A stretch of DNA of 64,000 bases from Fimbriosthenelais zetlandica (taxonomy: Eukaryota). Position 1 is the first letter of the stretch; each line of letters starts with the position of its first letter. Under the pieces are notes generated by a model. That model did not search any database, was not told the DNA's origin, and saw only the letters and a list, made by a program, of their open reading frames with translations. The position numbers were made by a program, and so were the translations under genes. Positions 62,199-64,000 of the stretch are shown piece after piece. The stretch is from positions 8,804,001-8,868,000 of the forward strand of contig OZ365115.1 of NCBI GenBank assembly GCA_977030845.1, in the 5' to 3' direction.

Positions 62199-63885
62199 GT
62201 AATATTGAACCTTTTCAGTGGAAAAAATATTAATTCTCCTTTCTGGGATATTAGAATCATGAGGGCATTTGACAATTGATCACAAGTCTATTTTATTTGT
62301 AATTCACATTCGGATCCCAGTTCTTCGGAGCTGAATACCGCGGGCTGAATGAAACACAATCAAACCAGAGAATGATACAATAGTTGGCAATGAAGTAAAC
62401 CATTCAGGCTGCTGCAGTCCATGTTCTCCTTTACAAATGAACCATCTGCAGTAAGTGTGCTACTTTGTATGAGGCCATGGGTTATCCGGCAAAATCTTGC
62501 CATTGACATAAATGCTGCGGTAGTAATTATTGACAATTTAGCCCAGAATACATTGCACTCTATCCTGTCAAATACAATGTCATATTTCGCAGCCTTGTCT
62601 TGATTTCTTTTTCTTACGGCTGCATGAAATTATACTTGTAGTACTGTAGGATGGGTTATAAACGATGCCTATTTCCATCGAAACTCCATACAAATTTATG
62701 TACGTATATATGTACGGATATAGTCCTCCTTTAGGCCTTATAACTCATTTTGAGTTTGGTATCATCCTTTCGGCTCTTGGCCAAGAAATCAAATATATGT
62801 TTAAATTGCATTTATTCTCAGTGCTATAGATTCAGAATTCTGATTTATGTGGAAGTAGAGTCTGATTCAGCTTGGGGCTGAGGTCCAGACGTTGTTTGTC
62901 CACGGGCACGTGTCAACTTCTGTCTTACATATTCTAGTAAAACATTACTCATATGAACACCTCCTATCAGCATGCATGTCCTAGTTCTTCTTTCTCTTTT
63001 TCTTTATCGTCCGGTATAATGTATATATTATACTATACTTCTTTTTTTCAGGGACCATTTAATGGCCAGTCTCCCATATGCATGGTATATGGGGAATTAC
63101 CTGGTTTGATGGATATAAACTATCCCTTCCATTCATGGTTCGGAAGACGTGGTTCTTTCGGACCCACAGATCCCCCTTTTCTACGGACCAACACGAAATA
63201 TTCCGATGCCTGCTGCAGAACCTGTGAGTAGTATAAAACTTAGTTATATATATGCAAGTTATATAATATATAGAATGCCTTTTCAAAAACCCGTAATATT
63301 AATTTAGACTTTTACAAGGTTTGAAAGGAAAAGCACTTGTTGGCAATTGTGGACCTGGAAAACTGCCTCAAAAAGTTTGCCTTGGTCTGTCTCGAGAGGC
63401 ACCTTGATATGTCTCTATACTTTGGTGTAAGAGGATGCACCGTATAGCTTACCTGTGGGCGACCCATCCTTTATACCCTGTGATTTATCAAGTATATAAT
63501 TTACAATGACACGATTGGACGTCTTACAAGTGCTCATGGAACATTCGGGAAGGATACTGCCTAATCAAGTCCTCCCAAAATAAGAGAAAAGCTCCCTTGG
63601 GGGCATGGGCATTAACTCCCAATAGTTTGAGCATGAGAATGTGCGCATTGACACCTCGTCATGGTGTGTGGTGGGTGGGGGTGGGGGGATTCTCAACATC
63701 CACAGACCAATAGATGTTTGCCCCCCCCCCCACCCCCTGCTCCTCCACTTCTCCCTCCTCCTCACAAACATCTTTAACGTGGGATGCAGTGCGCATAAAA
63801 CTGCGCATGTGCGTTGCCTGGTGAAGTCTCGGAGTAGGTGGGGAACCAAGGGAGAAGCTCGGGAGAGAGGAACGGCGAGTGAGAA

Positions 63886-63910
63886 GGAGAGAGAGAGAGA
63901 GGAGAGAGAC
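63886..63910. repeat. (GA)n microsatellite
   Basis: Short gagaga run. Confidence 0.8.
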
Positions 63911-64000
63911 AGAAACACTTCTAACAGTCGCGCCTATTTGGTAAAACTCCCTCATAGTTTTGCTTCGTGTCAGTTTGAAGTTTCCAGCCAAGCCAGCTCG

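Noticed and set aside
1-64000. tRNA, rRNA, CRISPR arrays, intact transposases or reverse transcriptases
   Set aside because: None visible; the window is eukaryotic genic and intergenic DNA with only decayed repeats.

Overview
AT-rich, intron-rich animal genomic DNA, most likely a marine bilaterian invertebrate; the taxon cannot be fixed from the sequence alone. Four genes can be reconstructed with canonical, phase-consistent splice sites. (1) The 3' ten coding exons of a PHF21A/B (BHC80) orthologue on + (22532-32030); its N-terminal exons were not found in the window. (2) A two-exon C4orf45/SPMIP2 (DUF4562)-like gene on + (39737-40346) with an RFX X-box upstream. (3) A secreted LRR + PAN/apple protein on - (47106-44288, 797 aa). 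(4) A 106-aa neuropeptide-type precursor on + (51285-52832) that is split across exons and so largely missed by the ORF track. A CTCF/ETS/NRF1/YY1 promoter at about 42.7 kb appears bidirectional and may drive small unidentified genes. The strongest hunt results are a frame-enforced mutually exclusive exon beside the PHF21 AT-hook exon that resembles the vertebrate neuron-specific ANEEHWPK exon, and the unrecognised amidated peptide DRLQSFADRGGWGGGY-NH2. No tRNA, rRNA, CRISPR array or intact transposon was seen. All homology calls come from recalled family motifs, not from database searches.
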